A stretch of 64,000 nucleotides of DNA, from contig MU057744.1 of NCBI GenBank assembly GCA_013265495.1, forward strand, positions 1,887,524-1,951,523, in the 5' to 3' direction. The DNA comes from Vicugna vicugna. Lineage: Eukaryota. Under the pieces are notes generated by a model, which saw nothing but the letters and a program-made list of their open reading frames with translations, was not told the origin of the DNA and searched no databases. Position 1 is the first letter of the stretch. The number at the start of each line of letters is the position of its first letter. A program made the translations under genes and the position numbers. This document shows, one piece after another, positions 13,500 to 27,862 of this stretch.

Positions 13500-14740
13500 G
13501 TGGCACTGTGGCTTTTTGGAGGAGTGTGGAATCAGTCTCTCTGATTTGGTGCTAAACTCGGTTTCATGAGACTCGTTTGCACTCCTGTGTCCCCTCTTCC
13601 TCCTGGGCCTTTCCTCTTTCATTTTCTGTGTTGCAGCCTCCTCAGCTGTTCTACCTCCACACAGTGGAGACTCTGGGACCTTTCTGCCTCTGTGTTTATG
13701 CTCATGCTAGCTAATTTCATTCAGGTCCGTGATTTTTAAATTATCCATATGCTTACAAAGCCCACATTTGTAGCTCTAACTCAGATCTCTTCTCTGCACT
13801 CTAGATTTTTGTCAGTTGTCTATGCCACGTCCCTGCCTGAATTAATAGGCCCACCACACTTAGCCTGTTGAAAGCACAAGACCCAGCCTCCCCTCCTTCC
13901 ATGTTCTGGACCCCCCGGGCTCTCTCCACATCATTAAATCTACCAGCATTCCCCTACTGCTCACCCACGGTTCCTCACCCAAGTGGTCACAGAGTTATCC
14001 TAGTCTCCTCTCCTTCCCACCAACTTGCAACCCATAAGCAAAAACTTAACATACATTCTTAATTTCTTCACTGCTAACATCCTAACCCAAATTCACCACA
14101 ATCCATCCATTCGTTCTAGACTCCTGCACTAGCTTCCACTCTCGCCCTTCCAGAATTGGGCACATTGGAATTACTCCTTTTAAAATATAAATAAGTGCAC
14201 ATCCTGTTCAAAACCTAAGAATGTCCTCCTGCTGCACTCAGAAAAAAAAAAAAAAAAAAAAGAAAAAATCCAAAGCACTTGCTCTGGCCGCAAGGCTCTA
14301 GAAGCTGGTTCCCATCCTCTCCACCTCACACCCTCCTCCTTTCCCCCGAACCTACCCACGTCAGCCATCTAGCCGTCCTTCCCTGGAACGGCAGGTGCAT
14401 TTTCTGCCCCGGAGCCTTTGCGTGTGCTGTTTCCGCCGCCTGGGCCCTTCTCCCAGATGTACACGCGGTTTGTGCGTACGCTTCCTCAGGTCTCTGCCCA
14501 GATGTCACCTTCTTGGGGAGGGCCTCGTGACCACTCACCCTACTGTTCTGTCCAGTTGCTCTCATCCCTCTCCCTTGCTGTATATGTTTTTACTGTGGCC
14601 GGACGTTATGTGACATACTGATTTCTGTTTTGCTTAATAGTTCATTGTCTGTATCCCCTATTAAAATGCAAGTACCCTGAGAACCCTGGGAGCTTAAGAG
14701 TGCCTGGTATTTAACACGTGTGTATTGAGTGAATGAGCAT
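13500..14740 (+). mobile_element. L2 relic with 3' end
   Basis: Pyrimidine-rich L2 body; ends agagtgcctggtatt...tattgagtgaatga. Confidence 0.55.
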
Positions 14741-15952
14741 ATGAGTAATACTCCTAAAGGCTACAGGAGAAGCCCTTGCACTCCCACCAGCCAGTAGACA
14801 GGGACATAAATTTCAGCCGGTCTCCTCTTCATTGTTACCAGAAGTTCTGAAATTTAAAGCGCAAGATTAAGGGACATTTGATGAAAAAACTCAGTCTCAA
14901 CAATGAATGCCTTCATGTTTTTCTTTCTTGCATCACATCACTAAACTGGTGTGCCCACATTCTACGGCAGTCATTAGTTTCCCTGTGTATTTAATTCATT
15001 CACTTTAGGGTACTTTTGTGTATAAAGAACACAACATGCTCAAGTGTTTTAAAAACTGACATGCAAATCCTGGTTGTTAACCTAAGGACTCAGGCAGTGG
15101 CTGTGCCTGAAACGCAAAGGACGGCATGGAATGAGAAAGTCAGGGTGTCAGACCATTGTGAGTGGTCCAGTCACTTTGTTTCTTCAGATTCATGTTTTAT
15201 TTTATTTTCTGTATCCTTATCACAAAGTAAAATATATGTGTTCATTATGTAATCCTATTTCTGTACTTCATGATAAACTGTGCCAATCAAAATGACTGAA
15301 CTTCGTTTTATTTTTAAGAAGAGTCACCCCTGTTTCAAATACCTCAAAAAGGTAACATTTAGCTTCTTCAGCCTCTGATGCTTTTTACACAACAGTTTGG
15401 TGCTTCTTTTCCACCAAAGAGCAACGACATTCAGACAAATTAGCTCATTTCAGTGCAGTTGAATTCAGGCAGATTAATTCATCCTAATGCAGTTGATGCA
15501 ATAAGGAAGCAGACCTGCTTGGGGTAATCAGTAGAATTACATTTATTAGACTTACAGCCCACCTCGTTTCGTAAAGGCTGTCACTGACCTGACAAGTTGT
15601 CGTGCAGTATGACTTTAAACTCAGAGGAGCTGGTGCGGGGAGAGCTGGTAGTGGGGAGGGGGACACACCTGAAGAGCCCAGCTGGAACCCGAGCCTGGTG
15701 CAGCGCTGCGAGTGCTTGTTGGGCGTGTCAGCTGTTCGATGAGACGTGCTTTACTGCTTTCCTACTTACATTCGCGTAACCACTTTTAAGCAGAGAAACT
15801 GCATGATTTCAAACCTGATTATCAAAAAACTTTTAAATTGAGTTATCATTATTGAGTTGTGTTATTGGCTAATTTTTGGAACACAAATATTAATAGAAAA
15901 AAAGTTGAGAAATTCTCAAGACAATTTATACAGCGTTTTGTTTCCTCTTTAG

Positions 15953-16013
15953 GAAATGATGCAACATCAATTGTCAACTGTCTTCATATTTTGGGTCAGA
16001 CTTTGGATGCAAG
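15953..16013 (+). CDS. RYR2: RYR2 exon ~64 (61 nt) (G)NDATSIVNCLHILGQTLDA(R)
   Basis: tttag acceptor, AG|gtaaat donor. Confidence 0.96.
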
Positions 16014-17193
16014 GTAAATGACTGTATTTTTACTTAAATCAGTGAGTGTAACAATGATAGGAATGATAGGAATATTAAGAGTGCTTTGATTTTATTCTTT
16101 GGAATTAAAGATGTTGGTGTAGACAAAAAAGTGTTTTGTAAATTAGTAGTACAATAACATTGTATTTTTTTATGATCATTTGTAGATTGTTATTTAAATT
16201 TCAAGTAAGTTCTGTAATTGAGGGTTGAATTGGGACAATACTGAGGGGAGTAAAAACGAAGAGCTCCGCCTCCAGAGGTCCGCGTCCAGGCGTGGTCATG
16301 CTCCGCGTCGGGAACAACGTTTAGCTTTACAGAAGACACAAGGGTTGTGATCTGAGTTTACAGATGAGAAAAGAGCAGTGTGAGGTCTCACAGTAGGTGT
16401 GGAGGTAGACCAGCTTCCAGGTCTGGGCGCTTCCTGCTCTGCTGCCAGCATGGCCGGAAAGCCCACGCGAACCCCATTTGGTTAGCACGGTTGTTTCAGC
16501 CTTTAAGCCGCACATGTAACTCAGTTACTGTAAGTAAAGGTTCCTGAAAGTCTTCTACAGAGAATATTCCATGGTGCTCTCGATGATTGATTTTTGTGTT
16601 TAAAATTTCATTTGAGGTGTTTTATATAATAAATGAAGAAAGGAGATGCTATTACACGCCTCCATTTTCTGCCAGAAGTAGCGGCTTTAGCATGTCACCT
16701 CTGCACAGGCTCAGTCCCCAGAGGCTTGTATAGAAAAGACTTGATTGCTGCCCTTACAGTGAAAAACAGCTGTCACTTGGTGACTTGGTTTGGCCGGCAC
16801 TAAGTGTTTCTTTCCCACCCGTTACCTCAGAAAGCATTCTAGTTTTGTTGGATTTGGGATTAGCTAGACTGGCTCAGGAGCTGTGTTTTGTTAGTTGTCA
16901 AATAGTCTCAGAACTTAAGACCACGGGTGGAACACGTAAAGCATCAGGTCTGCCTTTTGCTCCGAGGTCCTGACTACATGGACTAGGAAGGCGTTTAGGA
17001 AGTTTACGCATTTGCAGAGTCATGTTGCTGTGAGCTCAAGTACACAGGAAAAAATAGTTAGAAAGTGGGTTTTAAAAATCTGGTTGCCTGGACGTGGCCG
17101 TGGACGAATAGACGTCGTGTAGAAGCCGGTTTCGTTTGTCTGCTGCTTGCCCCTCCCGAGGCCCGCGTCCTCCCTTCGGTGTTTGCATCCTAG

Positions 17194-17432
17194 GACCGTG
17201 ATGAAGACTGGCCTGGAGAGTGTCAAGAGCGCACTGCGGGCTTTCCTGGACAGTGCCGCCGAGGATCTGGAGAAGACGATGGAGAACCTCAAGCAGGGCC
17301 AGTTCACCCACACCCGAAACCAGCCCAAAGGTGTTACTCAGATTATCAATTATACCACGGTGGCACTGCTGCCAATGCTGTCGTCCCTATTTGAGCATAT
17401 TGGCCAGCATCAGTTCGGAGAAGATCTGATAT
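17194..17432 (+). CDS. RYR2: RYR2 exon ~65 (239 nt) TVMKTGLESVKSALRAF...QHQFGEDLI(L)
   Basis: cctag acceptor, T|gtatgt donor; within ORF 17147..17440. Confidence 0.97.
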
Positions 17433-18886
17433 GTATGTAAACCTGTTACTCAGAGTTTCATTACCTAAATAGTACAGTCGAAAGTTGTAACAGCGCATCT
17501 AGGTTGCTCAAGCGCTGCTTTTACCTTCGCGTGCTTTTTATTTGTTTTTGCAGAACCTCGTAGGGTGACATTTGAGTTACAGGCGTTTGAGTTTCTGAGT
17601 CACGCGGGTTCAGAAGGGACCAGGAGGTGGTGGTTATGGACAGCCACCTCCACGTTGTTGAAATACGAGTCCCAGATTTTACTGTTTCTGTGGTGGCTCT
17701 TTCCATGGACATTTTCTAAGGCAGTGTCACCATACGACCTGCAGCATTAAGTGGTTTCAGGTTATTTCTGAGTCGATGCAGGTTGTCTCCACAAGCAATC
17801 CCACTGATAAGTATGAAGAGACACTCGAGACGAAGTCTGTGCCTCAGTAACTGATCTCCTGGGGTGGCTCGGACATCCTGTGTTTGCAGGGTTCTGTCTG
17901 TTTTCATAGGGGGCTTAATCAGCTGTTTGGGGCTGGGATTCTGTAGCTATTAAGAATGTCGGCAGGGTGCCCAAGGTAGCTGGGAAAACCGGCAGGACCT
18001 GGTCTCCTGCGCTGCTGCTGGTATGAATGCAGGAGAGGACACGAGCCCGTGCTGGGCAGTCACGTGCGTCTGGCCCGCACACGCTCAGTGTTGTAGGTCT
18101 CCCGGGCCAAGTGCCACTCTGTGTGAGCACACTGCGTTCCTCTGAGGGGCCCGACCCCGAGCGGCAGAACACTGACATTGATGTTGACACTCCTTGGTTC
18201 AGCCGTGGGAGCATTGCTCGCAGCCCCACGTGGACGTAGAGACAAATGTGGGGAACGAGGGAGGTTTCCCTACTCAGATCATGCTGTGTCCTCCGGGGAG
18301 GGGTGGCCCAGCTGGAGTTAGAAATCCAAGGTTCTTGGATTCCTTTGCCTGTTGAACAGATTTTATTGGACCAAAGATCATCTATAAGGTTTATTTGATT
18401 TTCCAGCTTTAAAAAACTTCCCTTATGCCTGGAATTTCAGGTCGTTTCAGAAATCACTGACATACCCCATTCTCCGGCATTACTGTTGTTCATTAGAGAC
18501 TTAAAGTAAAAGGCAGTCTTTATATACTTTTGGAGCAGGAGTCAAACTGACCTGTCTTCCCAGGTATTTTTGGTCTTAGTTTTATTCTTGAAGAAATCCT
18601 TTATTCTTGTACCTGAAGAAAAATGATAAATTGTTCCTGATAATATTCTGTCTGATGATCAGAGCACAGTTCTTTAGAATGCTTTCAGCTCCTGAAAGCA
18701 AAGTTTTGCTTGAGAAAAAGTTTTAAAATTCTATTTTATGCATGGTTGTTCTTGTATTGCTTTTTTCAAGTATTAAAATGTTATTGTGCCTTTAATCTGG
18801 AATTTTGTCTTTGGCCTGAACTTTCTCAGGGCAATGTATCGATAACAAGTTTATTTTTTTTTAAGTGAGACTCTCTCTTTCCTTAG

Positions 18887-18968
18887 TGGAAGATGTGCAG
18901 GTGTCATGCTATAGAATTCTGACTAGCTTGTATGCTTTGGGAACTAGCAAGAGTATCTATGTGGAAAG
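18887..18968 (+). CDS. RYR2: RYR2 exon ~66 (82 nt) (L)[26 protein letters not shown](R)
   Basis: ccttag acceptor, AG|gtaaga donor. Confidence 0.96.
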
Positions 18969-19589
18969 GTAAGATTTTAAAAGTTTGACTTCGTATTAGT
19001 AGTTATTTCGAGTGTTACGATTATTTATTCCGAGAGTCTTCGCTTCATAACTTTTTACTTAGTCGTAAAAAACTAAAACAACCAGATTGACACATTGAGT
19101 TAGTTCCTTGGGAGTAATTAGACAGTCTTTCGGCCAAATGTAAACTGATGTAATAAAAACAAGTGCATTATGAGAAAAAGTGTAAAGCAATAATGGTAAA
19201 GAGCATGTTTAACATAAAGTTTAACCTTAGCGTGTTTATGAACTTTACGAAGGAATCTGCTAGTGCTGTTTCTGGTTATACATCAGAAATACAAAATAAA
19301 CATGAATATAGGCAGCTGTGAAAACCCATTCAATTTCTGTCCTGTCCTCAAGGTCCAGAGGGAAGGATTAGCAGGATGAGGCGGTGTGGACAGGTCAGGT
19401 CGGGCCACGTGCCCCCCCGACCTGGGCAACGGAGATCACTGGCAGCTTCAGTCAAAGATTTCTGTGGAAGGGAGAAGGGAAAGAGGGCTTTCAAATGCTA
19501 GAACAAATAACAAGACACGCTGGTGGGAGGCTGGTCAGTGAACTAAGCGAGTCAGAGGTTGTTCTGAGAGAAGAATATTCAGTAGGTAT

Positions 19590-21330
19590 AAATTCTCCCC
19601 CAGATGAATCTTAAGTATAATACAATTTCAAGTAGAAATTTGCTTTTTATTGAACTTGAAAAAATAATTAAGAAGTTCCTTTAAAAGAATAAATGCATGA
19701 GACTAGCCAATAAAATTTTGAGAGAAATAAGAGTAATAAAAGGTTACTCATATGGTCTACCAAATATTAAAACTTCTAAAGAAGCAATAATTAAGAGTGA
19801 CAGTTGCAAAGGGATAGGAAAGCAGATTAATGGGAAAAGGTAATTGGGTTCACTCGGAATATTTTTGAAGTTTTACCTGCATTGTAGGTTAAACTCTGTT
19901 TTCATATGATTTTCGTGACTATAAAATATTTTATCTGACGGACGTATTATGATTTACTGAAATGTGCCTTTATTTTTCACATATAGGCTCTTTTTTCTTT
20001 TTTACTCACATGAAGGATGCTAGATGTATGTTCATAGTTTTCTGTGTGTTTTTATTTTGTTTCCTTTATGAGAATTTGGAAACTTAGGTTGAAGAGTATG
20101 CATATATTAAAGGATTTTGATACGAAATTGATTCAGTTTGCACTTCAGAGTTTTACGAGAATTCTCATCTCCTCACATGTTTCTCATTTTGATTATTATT
20201 CTTTTTTACTATTTATGAATTTAATAGTGAAAAACGGGATCCATTTTTATTTTCAAACGCATTTCCCTAATTACCAGTTACTAGCGATTTTTGTGTCTTA
20301 CTTTGCCATTTGCATTTATTTTATAAACTGCTTTTTCCTGTCGTTTGCCCACTTTGCTATTAGTGCTGTTCTGCTGATTAGTACTAACATTATATTTGTC
20401 AACTGTTAACCTCTTGCTTATCTCTCCCGTTTTTATGGCTCTCAGCATTTTTGCTCCTTTATAGTGTTTATATATAAAACATCATGTGCAGATTGTGGTT
20501 TATGACATGAGAATTTTGAGTTTTTATGTAGTCGGATCTACCAGTTATTTCACGTATGTTTCTTCGCCTTCGTTTCATAATTTTTGAAAAAGTTTATACT
20601 GCACCCTCAATTAATAACTAGAAATTCTAGTATTTGTTCTCCCAGGTTTCCCACGCTTCCAGTTGTTTAGATTTTCTTTTTAATCCTTTTGTTCATTCAG
20701 TAAATACTTACTGAGCATCATGTAACAGTGGACAAATAGATCCCTGCTCTCACAGAGCTTGTGTCAAGTGGGAGAAGCAAAACAAGCAGGCAAACTGATG
20801 AACACAGTAGAGGCGAGTCCCTGTGACAGTAAGCACCCAACGCAGAGTGACGAGGGGCGGTCAGGAGCGTGTCCTTTGGACTCGGCTTTCTCTGCTCAAC
20901 AGAGAAAGGCTAGACGATAAGCCGGGCGTAGACTAAACATGCATCTGAATTCCGCGTTTCTCTCTGGGATTATGTAGAGTTCAAATTCGCTTTTTAAATC
21001 ACCCACCATGTCTGATCTCACAGTTTATTAAATATTTCTTTTACTCGCTGATTTCAGATCAGCTCTTCACCGTATGCTGCATATACTTGCTAGGTTATAT
21101 TTCTAGAATTTCTATTCTGTTCTGTTACTTGACTTTTTAAGTAATTGGAACGGTACCATGGAGCCTGAATTGTTGGTGTTTTATAATATTTCTGAGTATC
21201 TGGTAGTCAGATTCTCTGCCACCTCAGCACTTGCCCTTTATTGTTGTTACTGTCCTTGCTGGGGCGTTTTTCTTGACAAGATTCGGATCATTCTGTTAGA
21301 TTCTAAGTGTGTATATTTATGCATATATAT
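19590..21330. mobile_element. Ancient L1 ORF2 fragments: + strand ~19590-19840, - strand ~19900-21330, interrupted by an L2 end at ~20690-20800
   Basis: Degenerate L1 ORF2 C-terminal-like sequence in both orientations; approximate. Confidence 0.5.
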
Positions 21331-21679
21331 AAAATTAACTTTGCAATTACAAAGTGAGAGAGAATATAAAAATAAAAATTTGAAGATGAGTAAGAAGATT
21401 TGGAAAATATGACACTATACTAAAAAAAGTTATTTTAATACAAGTCATCTAAAAGAAAAATTAGTATTTCCAGACTACCAGCACAAATGGTCCAAGTTAA
21501 TCTGAGAATTCCTAATTGGATTTGTATTTTAAAGTAAATTATTAAATAATTCACATGAATTATTAATGAAGTAAAAGGACTAGTCCAGTTAAATGTCAGG
21601 AAATAGATTAGCTGCTTTGGGATCATACATGGAACATTTTAGGCTACTAAGTTCTTAAATTATTTCTCATTATTTTAAA

Positions 21680-21848
21680 ACATTTATTGAACCTATACTG
21701 TGTACCAAAAGTTTTGCAATTCTGTCTCCATATTTTTAGTTAAGGAAAGAAAAACTTGAAAAGAGTAAGCAATTTTCCTATAATGAGTAACTCTAGTGTT
21801 AGGACTAAGATCAGGACTTGGGTCTGCCTGAATCTAAGCCTGGTCTTT
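21680..21848 (-). mobile_element. MIR SINE
   Basis: catttattgaacctatactgtg...agtaagcaattttcc...ggtctgcctgaatctaagcc. Confidence 0.5.
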
Positions 21849-22818
21849 GTAATTTACTAGATTATTTTTAGTAATGAAATTTTATTAGATGTTTGAATAG
21901 AACTTTATTTTACTCATTGGCGTTCTGTGAAGGGCCATTTTCTCCTAGCTGGACAGGTGTTTACTAGTTTTTAATGAAAATATTAGATAGTCAGACATTG
22001 TTTAAGTGTGTTTTTCTAGTGAGAAATTTAAAACTACCTAAGAGAGTTATGTAATCTTTTCTTAATTAGAGCCATTTTATTGACTTCCAAATAAAATCTG
22101 TGTACAGTCATTTAAGGAGTTCTTAAACTGCTGAAATCACTCTCCTATTATTCTATATTTAATAAACACTTACTGTGCTCATAAAGCCTTGGATTAAGTA
22201 GATAACTAAGGGAGAGAGGATTTATATCAGGAGCAGGGGAACCTGGGTCATAACCTGCCTTGAGTAAATTGATCACAGTCTGATTCCCTAAGGACCTTCC
22301 TTCCCTTGAAAATGATAAATCAATTTTAAGTGTTATCAACAGTTTATAGCATTTGTCATATCTTAGTATTTCATAGCTGCCCCGAAGTTACTTATACACG
22401 GTAAAGTTTCAGAAATGCTAATATTTGCTTATTAGTGTCAGTATTTTATTTTTAAATTTGTTACCAAAATCCATTTGTTCACGTGGCAAGAATTCTTCCT
22501 TAGATCATCATATTAAAAAAGAAAGAAGACAGCACGTGAAATATCCAAGCTTGTGGGGCAGTTTACACGTTTTTATTTGTTATTTTAGTCTGTACTGTTT
22601 TTAGCTTCTTTTTAGCTAACAGATAATTTAGCTTTTTTGGTGGTAGAGAAGTTGCTATTGAAAGTGTATGATTTTTGCAGTATAGAAATTGGGTTTAAAG
22701 GTTAGTTTTATCAGGAGCACTGTTGTTGCCCTTTTAGGTAGAACTTGTCAATTTTCACGTAACTGCTTCAGTTACTCACTTAGAAGACTTAAAAAATACA
22801 AGCATTTTCCACTTACAG

Positions 22819-22949
22819 GCAACGTTCTGCATTAGGAGAATGCCTGGCTGCCTTTGCTGGTGCGTTTCCTGTAGCCTTTTTGGAAACTCATCTGGACAAA
22901 CACAACGTTTACTCAATCTACAATACAAAGTCTTCACGAGAGAGAGCAG
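22819..22949 (+). CDS. RYR2: RYR2 exon ~67 (131 nt) [43 protein letters not shown]
   Basis: tacag acceptor, G|gtaacg donor. Confidence 0.96.
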
Positions 22950-23949
22950 GTAACGCAGAAGCACGTGCGGCGTTTCGTATCTGAAGCTAAAATGTCGCGA
23001 CATTTGTTACTTGTTGTGTTTTTTAATGGGCCATTTTAATTCATGACCTCCAATGCTGTTTGTTCTTAAGAGTTATTATTTGGCATTTTTTGGAATGCAG
23101 AATGCTATTCCCGTGGTGTTTCTGAAAGAAAATTAATTTCTTCTACGTTAATGAGCCACAAATTAACAATCGATAATAAGACAAAATAATCAGCAGATAC
23201 GGAAAAAATCAGTCATTCCGATTCCTGACTCAGTTGCCGGGTACAGGTGGTCGGTGAGCAGACAGCATTCTTGCTCATTGTGTTTCTGGGTTTGTACCTG
23301 CCATTGTTCTTCGTTTACCTGTTGTGTCTACCTTAGTGGGACAGCTTTATTCCAAGTGTTTTTTCCTAGCGGTTTGGTCCCCTAAGTCTGATAAGTCTCT
23401 TGTATTTTAGTTGTTTTCCAAAAGCCCTAAAGAGTTCCCCAAACGTAGACAAGAAGCATTTGCTGCTCACAAACGCATTCATCTCCGTTAACGAGATCGT
23501 TTCTTTGCGTAATTCATGTTTTTATGGGACCTACTGGTTACACTGATTTTATAGTGAGTTCTGTCAAGTAAAAACCTTTTAAAAACTTCAAAAAAAAGGT
23601 CACTATTGAATTAGCCTATTTTATGATTCTAATTTCATATAGCAGAGGAGGCTAAAGAAAAACATGCTGAGTATGACCTAGCGGTATTTTTCTATGTAAA
23701 TTCCACAACGTATCTGTAAACGGGGAAACACAACTGAGTTTGGATCATTAGTTATCTGTGTAAGCGCGTCTTACTGAGTTGTCTGACTAAGGATTTTTGA
23801 CCCGTTACTGTTTTTGCCATGAGTCAAGAATGAAGCAGATCATTCTTTCATCACAGTGAGGATATGCACAGAGCAGATCGTCTACCTGCTTATGTTTCCA
23901 TAGCACATTTGCATAACAAAGCAAAGGGACTGAATTTAATGTTTCTCTT

Positions 23950-25200
23950 TCACTCATTGTTTAGGCAAGTCGTTCAACAAATAACCACTTGTGATGTATA
24001 CCTGTGGTGGATGGAAGGGACATGATACCAAGATGAATGAGATTTGAGTCTTTTCCTCGGGGAGTTTCTAGGTGATAAACACATGTGACAGAATTCAGGG
24101 TGATAAATAACATGTGACAAAATTCTGACAGTGGACACTGAGGACACAGAAAAAGCAGTCAGCGCTGAGAACACCTGGGAAGATTCAGAGTTGGCACAAG
24201 ATGAGCCTTGAAGTTAGAAACACTGAAACTTGGGTCTTTTAGGAGAAACTTCAGGTACTTTGAGAAGGAGATAGCTTTTAGGGGAAGAAAGAGAAAAGAG
24301 GAGGCAAGGATGGAAAAGCAAGATGAGACAAGGAAGGCTTTCTGTGTCAGGTCAAGAGTGGAGCCTGTACCAGTGCAGAAAGGGTCCTTTTACTGGCTTT
24401 GAAAAGGGGAGTACCACAAGTAGACTTGCATTTTAGAAATCCATCGTAGCCACGATGAATGAGCGAGCATCACCAATCAGAAAATGATTGCAGTGATTCA
24501 CAAGAGCTCTGATGGGGGCCCGGCCCCTCAAGTGGAGTGAGGAGATTGTGAAAGATCTGAGAGGCAGAAGCATCTCCTGCAGGAGATGAAGGGACAGCAG
24601 AGCCTAGAATTTCTCCTGGGTGTCCAGCCGAGGTGACTCACTGAATAATGTCCTCACTGAGGTCGTGGTGCCTGCTCAAAAGATAGGTTGCAGAGGAAAG
24701 GCCAAGTTTAAATTCAGACCCATGGTATTGTAGTTGTTTTTGAGACATTCCTTATGAGACACAAAAGAACTTTAGGAAATAATGGCTTCAAGTTATTAGC
24801 TGATAGCAGAAGCCCATGGGAATGGCCAAAATGGCCTAGGCAAACACCGAAGCTGAAAAAGAGAGGTGAGGTAAGGGTAAGTCCCCAAGAAAACCCACAT
24901 TTACAAGTTCAGCCAGAGGACAAGAGTTGGCCAAGGAGAGAGGCTAAATTCAGAAGACAGTCAAGAAAGACCATGCGTTGAGGTGAAGGAAAAGAGGTTT
25001 TTAAGAAAAGGGAATCAGGTGAGTGATGTGAGGTTCCACTGTAACCCTTAGTAAGATAGGACTGTGGAAGACTAAACTTGCTGAGTGGTGGAAGGCGGAG
25101 GCTGTCATTTCTGTGGCTGGGAGAGCACTTGGAAAGGTCAACAGTCTAAGAGAGACTTGCGCTTCTGAAGCGGGGCAGGAAGGGGCTGAAAATCCAGGCC
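23950..25200 (-). mobile_element. L2 relic
   Basis: Starts with ttcaacaaata (antisense L2 tail), followed by purine-rich L2-like body. Confidence 0.5.
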
Positions 25201-25620
25201 TGAGTGAGGCCATGCTGCAGGGTTGGTTCGGTGTCGGGAGCACAGGTGGGACCATGAACAGGGACCTCAGGACCCCTTCCTCCGGAAGGGGGTGTGAGCT
25301 TGGCTGTGGACCGGATGCGGGAGGCTTGTTGGCACGAGGGGCAGTTGGAGGAGGAGACTTTGGCTACCCCTGTGAGCTCTGAAGTGGAAGGGACGGCTGT
25401 CGGCTGGTCCTCAGGGGGTAGGGTGAGGACTTGGGGAAAAGGAGTTTGGAATCGCTGCTGGGAGAAGAGGGAGAGGGATCCAGCTGCAGGCACGTCAGGT
25501 CTGGCAGGGCTTGGGTGCCCATGTGAAGCGTTGTAGCTGGGGGCTGCTGTCCGCAGTGGCCGTGTGACCGCCCCGTCTGCTCTCACTGCACACTGTTCGT
25601 GTTTATATGTGCCTCCCTAG

Positions 25621-25941
25621 CTCTCAGTTTGCCAGCTAACGTGGAAGACGTTTGTCCAAATATACCGTCTCTGGAGAAGCTCATGGAAGAAATCGTGGAG
25701 CTGGCTGAGTCCGGGATCCGCTACACTCAGATGCCACATGTGATGGAGGTCATCCTGCCCATGCTCTGCAGCTACATGTCCCGCTGGTGGGAGCACGGCC
25801 CTGAGAATCACCCGGGGAGGGCAGACACGTGCTGCACGGCGCTGAGCTCAGAGCACATGAACACGTTGCTGGGCAACATCCTGAAGATCATATACAACAA
25901 CCTGGGGGTGGACGAGGGCGCCTGGATGAAGAGGCTGGCAG
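25621..25941 (+). CDS. RYR2: RYR2 exon ~68 (321 nt) [20 protein letters not shown]...[12 protein letters not shown]
   Basis: ccctag acceptor, G|gtgagg donor; within ORF 25599..26012. Confidence 0.97.
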
Positions 25942-27190
25942 GTGAGGCTGCGCCGGAGTGCCGCTTCCCGGGGGATTCGGGATACGGGGCACTAGCGCTG
26001 CCCCCGTTTTAGTCTTTTTTAATACTTGCTTCCACACTCAAACAGTATTCCTGGTTACTTCTGTCATGCTGTTCTTTAGAAGACGCAGGTTTGATCAGAC
26101 ACTGGGTAACTTTCCACAGGGTTACTGCTCTCAAGTGAGTAAACATTTTCTTGATTTGACAGTGTCTCCAAGAAGAATCCGTGAACACAGCAGTAAAAAG
26201 TAGTGATTCTGTAGACAAAGACAAAAATAACACTGAGCTTTGACACACCCCACTTTCAGTAATCTGCCTTACCGGGATTTGGGGAGGATAATCAGAAGAT
26301 ACTCACATTTATCGATCGTTGCTCTCTCTGTACTGAGTGACTGGAAGCAGCTTGAACGCCCGGCCACTGGAGGATGGTCGCGTTGATTGTGTGCACCCGT
26401 GCACCAGAGTGCTGTGCCACCTTCAAACATTAAGGTTTCAACAATGTTTTATGACTTGGAAACTGTTCAGAATATCATGGAGGATTAAACTAAGAGTTTT
26501 AAAACTTTAAGTTCAGAAATATACATATGAATTTTTTCATTGATAAAATTTCCCCTGAAAAAATACACCAGTGTCTTACTAATGTGGTTAGAGTGATTAT
26601 GGTTGATTTTAACATTTCCCTTTTATACATTTCCCCAATGTTTATATGTATGTTACTCTTAGGAGAAAAAATTCCTTTTAAAAAAGGCCTAGCCAGGTGT
26701 AGAGCTCTTGCTGACCACTGCGGTGATCACGAAACACACGCGCAGCGCTGTGTGTGACCTGGCTCGTCCGCTGGGGCAGGGGCGGGAACACCCAGGCAGG
26801 TGACGATGAGCAGTGGCAGAAATGCAGTCTCCTGTGCTTTAGGAAGAGGGCCAGAGGGACCTTTTCCATTTGGGGACTTTGCTTCTTTGTGTGAAAATAA
26901 TTGATTTCCAAAGTGAGTGAAAGTCTTTTCTTAAATTCTGAATTAGCTGCCAGTTTCTTTTTTAAAACACAAGGAAGCACAGCAAATTCCGTTCAGTAAC
27001 TGTTTTGAACAGCAGCTGTGTAATCAGGTCTGGGGCCAGGAAGACGACCGAGGCGCGAGCTGGGTGCTAACGGAAGCCGTGGGCTGCAGGGGAGGGAGGC
27101 TGAAATCATGCTGCAACTGTGGTGACCGTCTGAGCCTCACTTTAATGACTGTTCATGCAGAGCCGAACAGTAATGTCTGTCTTCAAACAG

Positions 27191-27431
27191 TGTTTTCCCA
27201 GCCCATTATAAACAAAGTGAAACCTCAGCTGTTGAAAACTCATTTCCTGCCATTAATGGAGAAACTCAAGAAAAAGGCGGCGATGGTGGTATCGGAGGAG
27301 GACCACCTGAAGTCCGAGGCCAGGGGGGACATGTCCGAGGCGGAGCTGCTCATCCTGGACGAGTTCACCACGCTGGCCAGGGACCTCTACGCCTTCTACC
27401 CGCTCCTGATTCGATTTGTGGACTACAACAG
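27191..27431 (+). CDS. RYR2: RYR2 exon ~69 (241 nt) (V)FSQPIINKVKPQLLK...LLIRFVDYN(R)
   Basis: aacag acceptor, AG|gtagag donor; within ORF 27064..27435. Confidence 0.97.
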
Positions 27432-27749
27432 GTAGAGTGTCCGAAAGTCGTTTCACTTCTCTAATCCGGTCGCAACCTCACTGGGTTCTCGTGTCCCAGT
27501 TGAACTGCCTCATTCACTACTGCTTAGCGATGAGCTTGCGCGTGATTATGACTTAACCAGAGGTGGGTAGGTAAGTTAATTTCACAGCCTGCCTTAAGCA
27601 CGTGGAAGTTAGCAGTTTGATGGTGACAACGTTGAAATTATTTCACATGTTCCAACTGTGCGCTAAAGCCATTTATGAGCTCTGTGGGCGAGCGTGCCTG
27701 CCTCTGGTTTCCTTGGTTTCAAATTTAACTTGAGAGGGTGATTTTTCTC

Positions 27750-27752
27750 TTT

Positions 27753-27818
<66 letters not shown>

Positions 27819-27862
27819 TTTTTTTTTTTTTTTTATTTTTTTTTTTTTTCTTTTATTTTTTT
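27750..27862. repeat. ~110-nt near-pure poly(T) run abutting an assembly gap
   Basis: Direct inspection. Confidence 0.9.

Noticed and set aside
19590..21330. Inverted L1 fragments as a dsRNA/editing substrate or twin-priming product
   Set aside because: Both pieces appear to cover a similar ORF2 region and are too degenerate to pair; likely two independent old insertions
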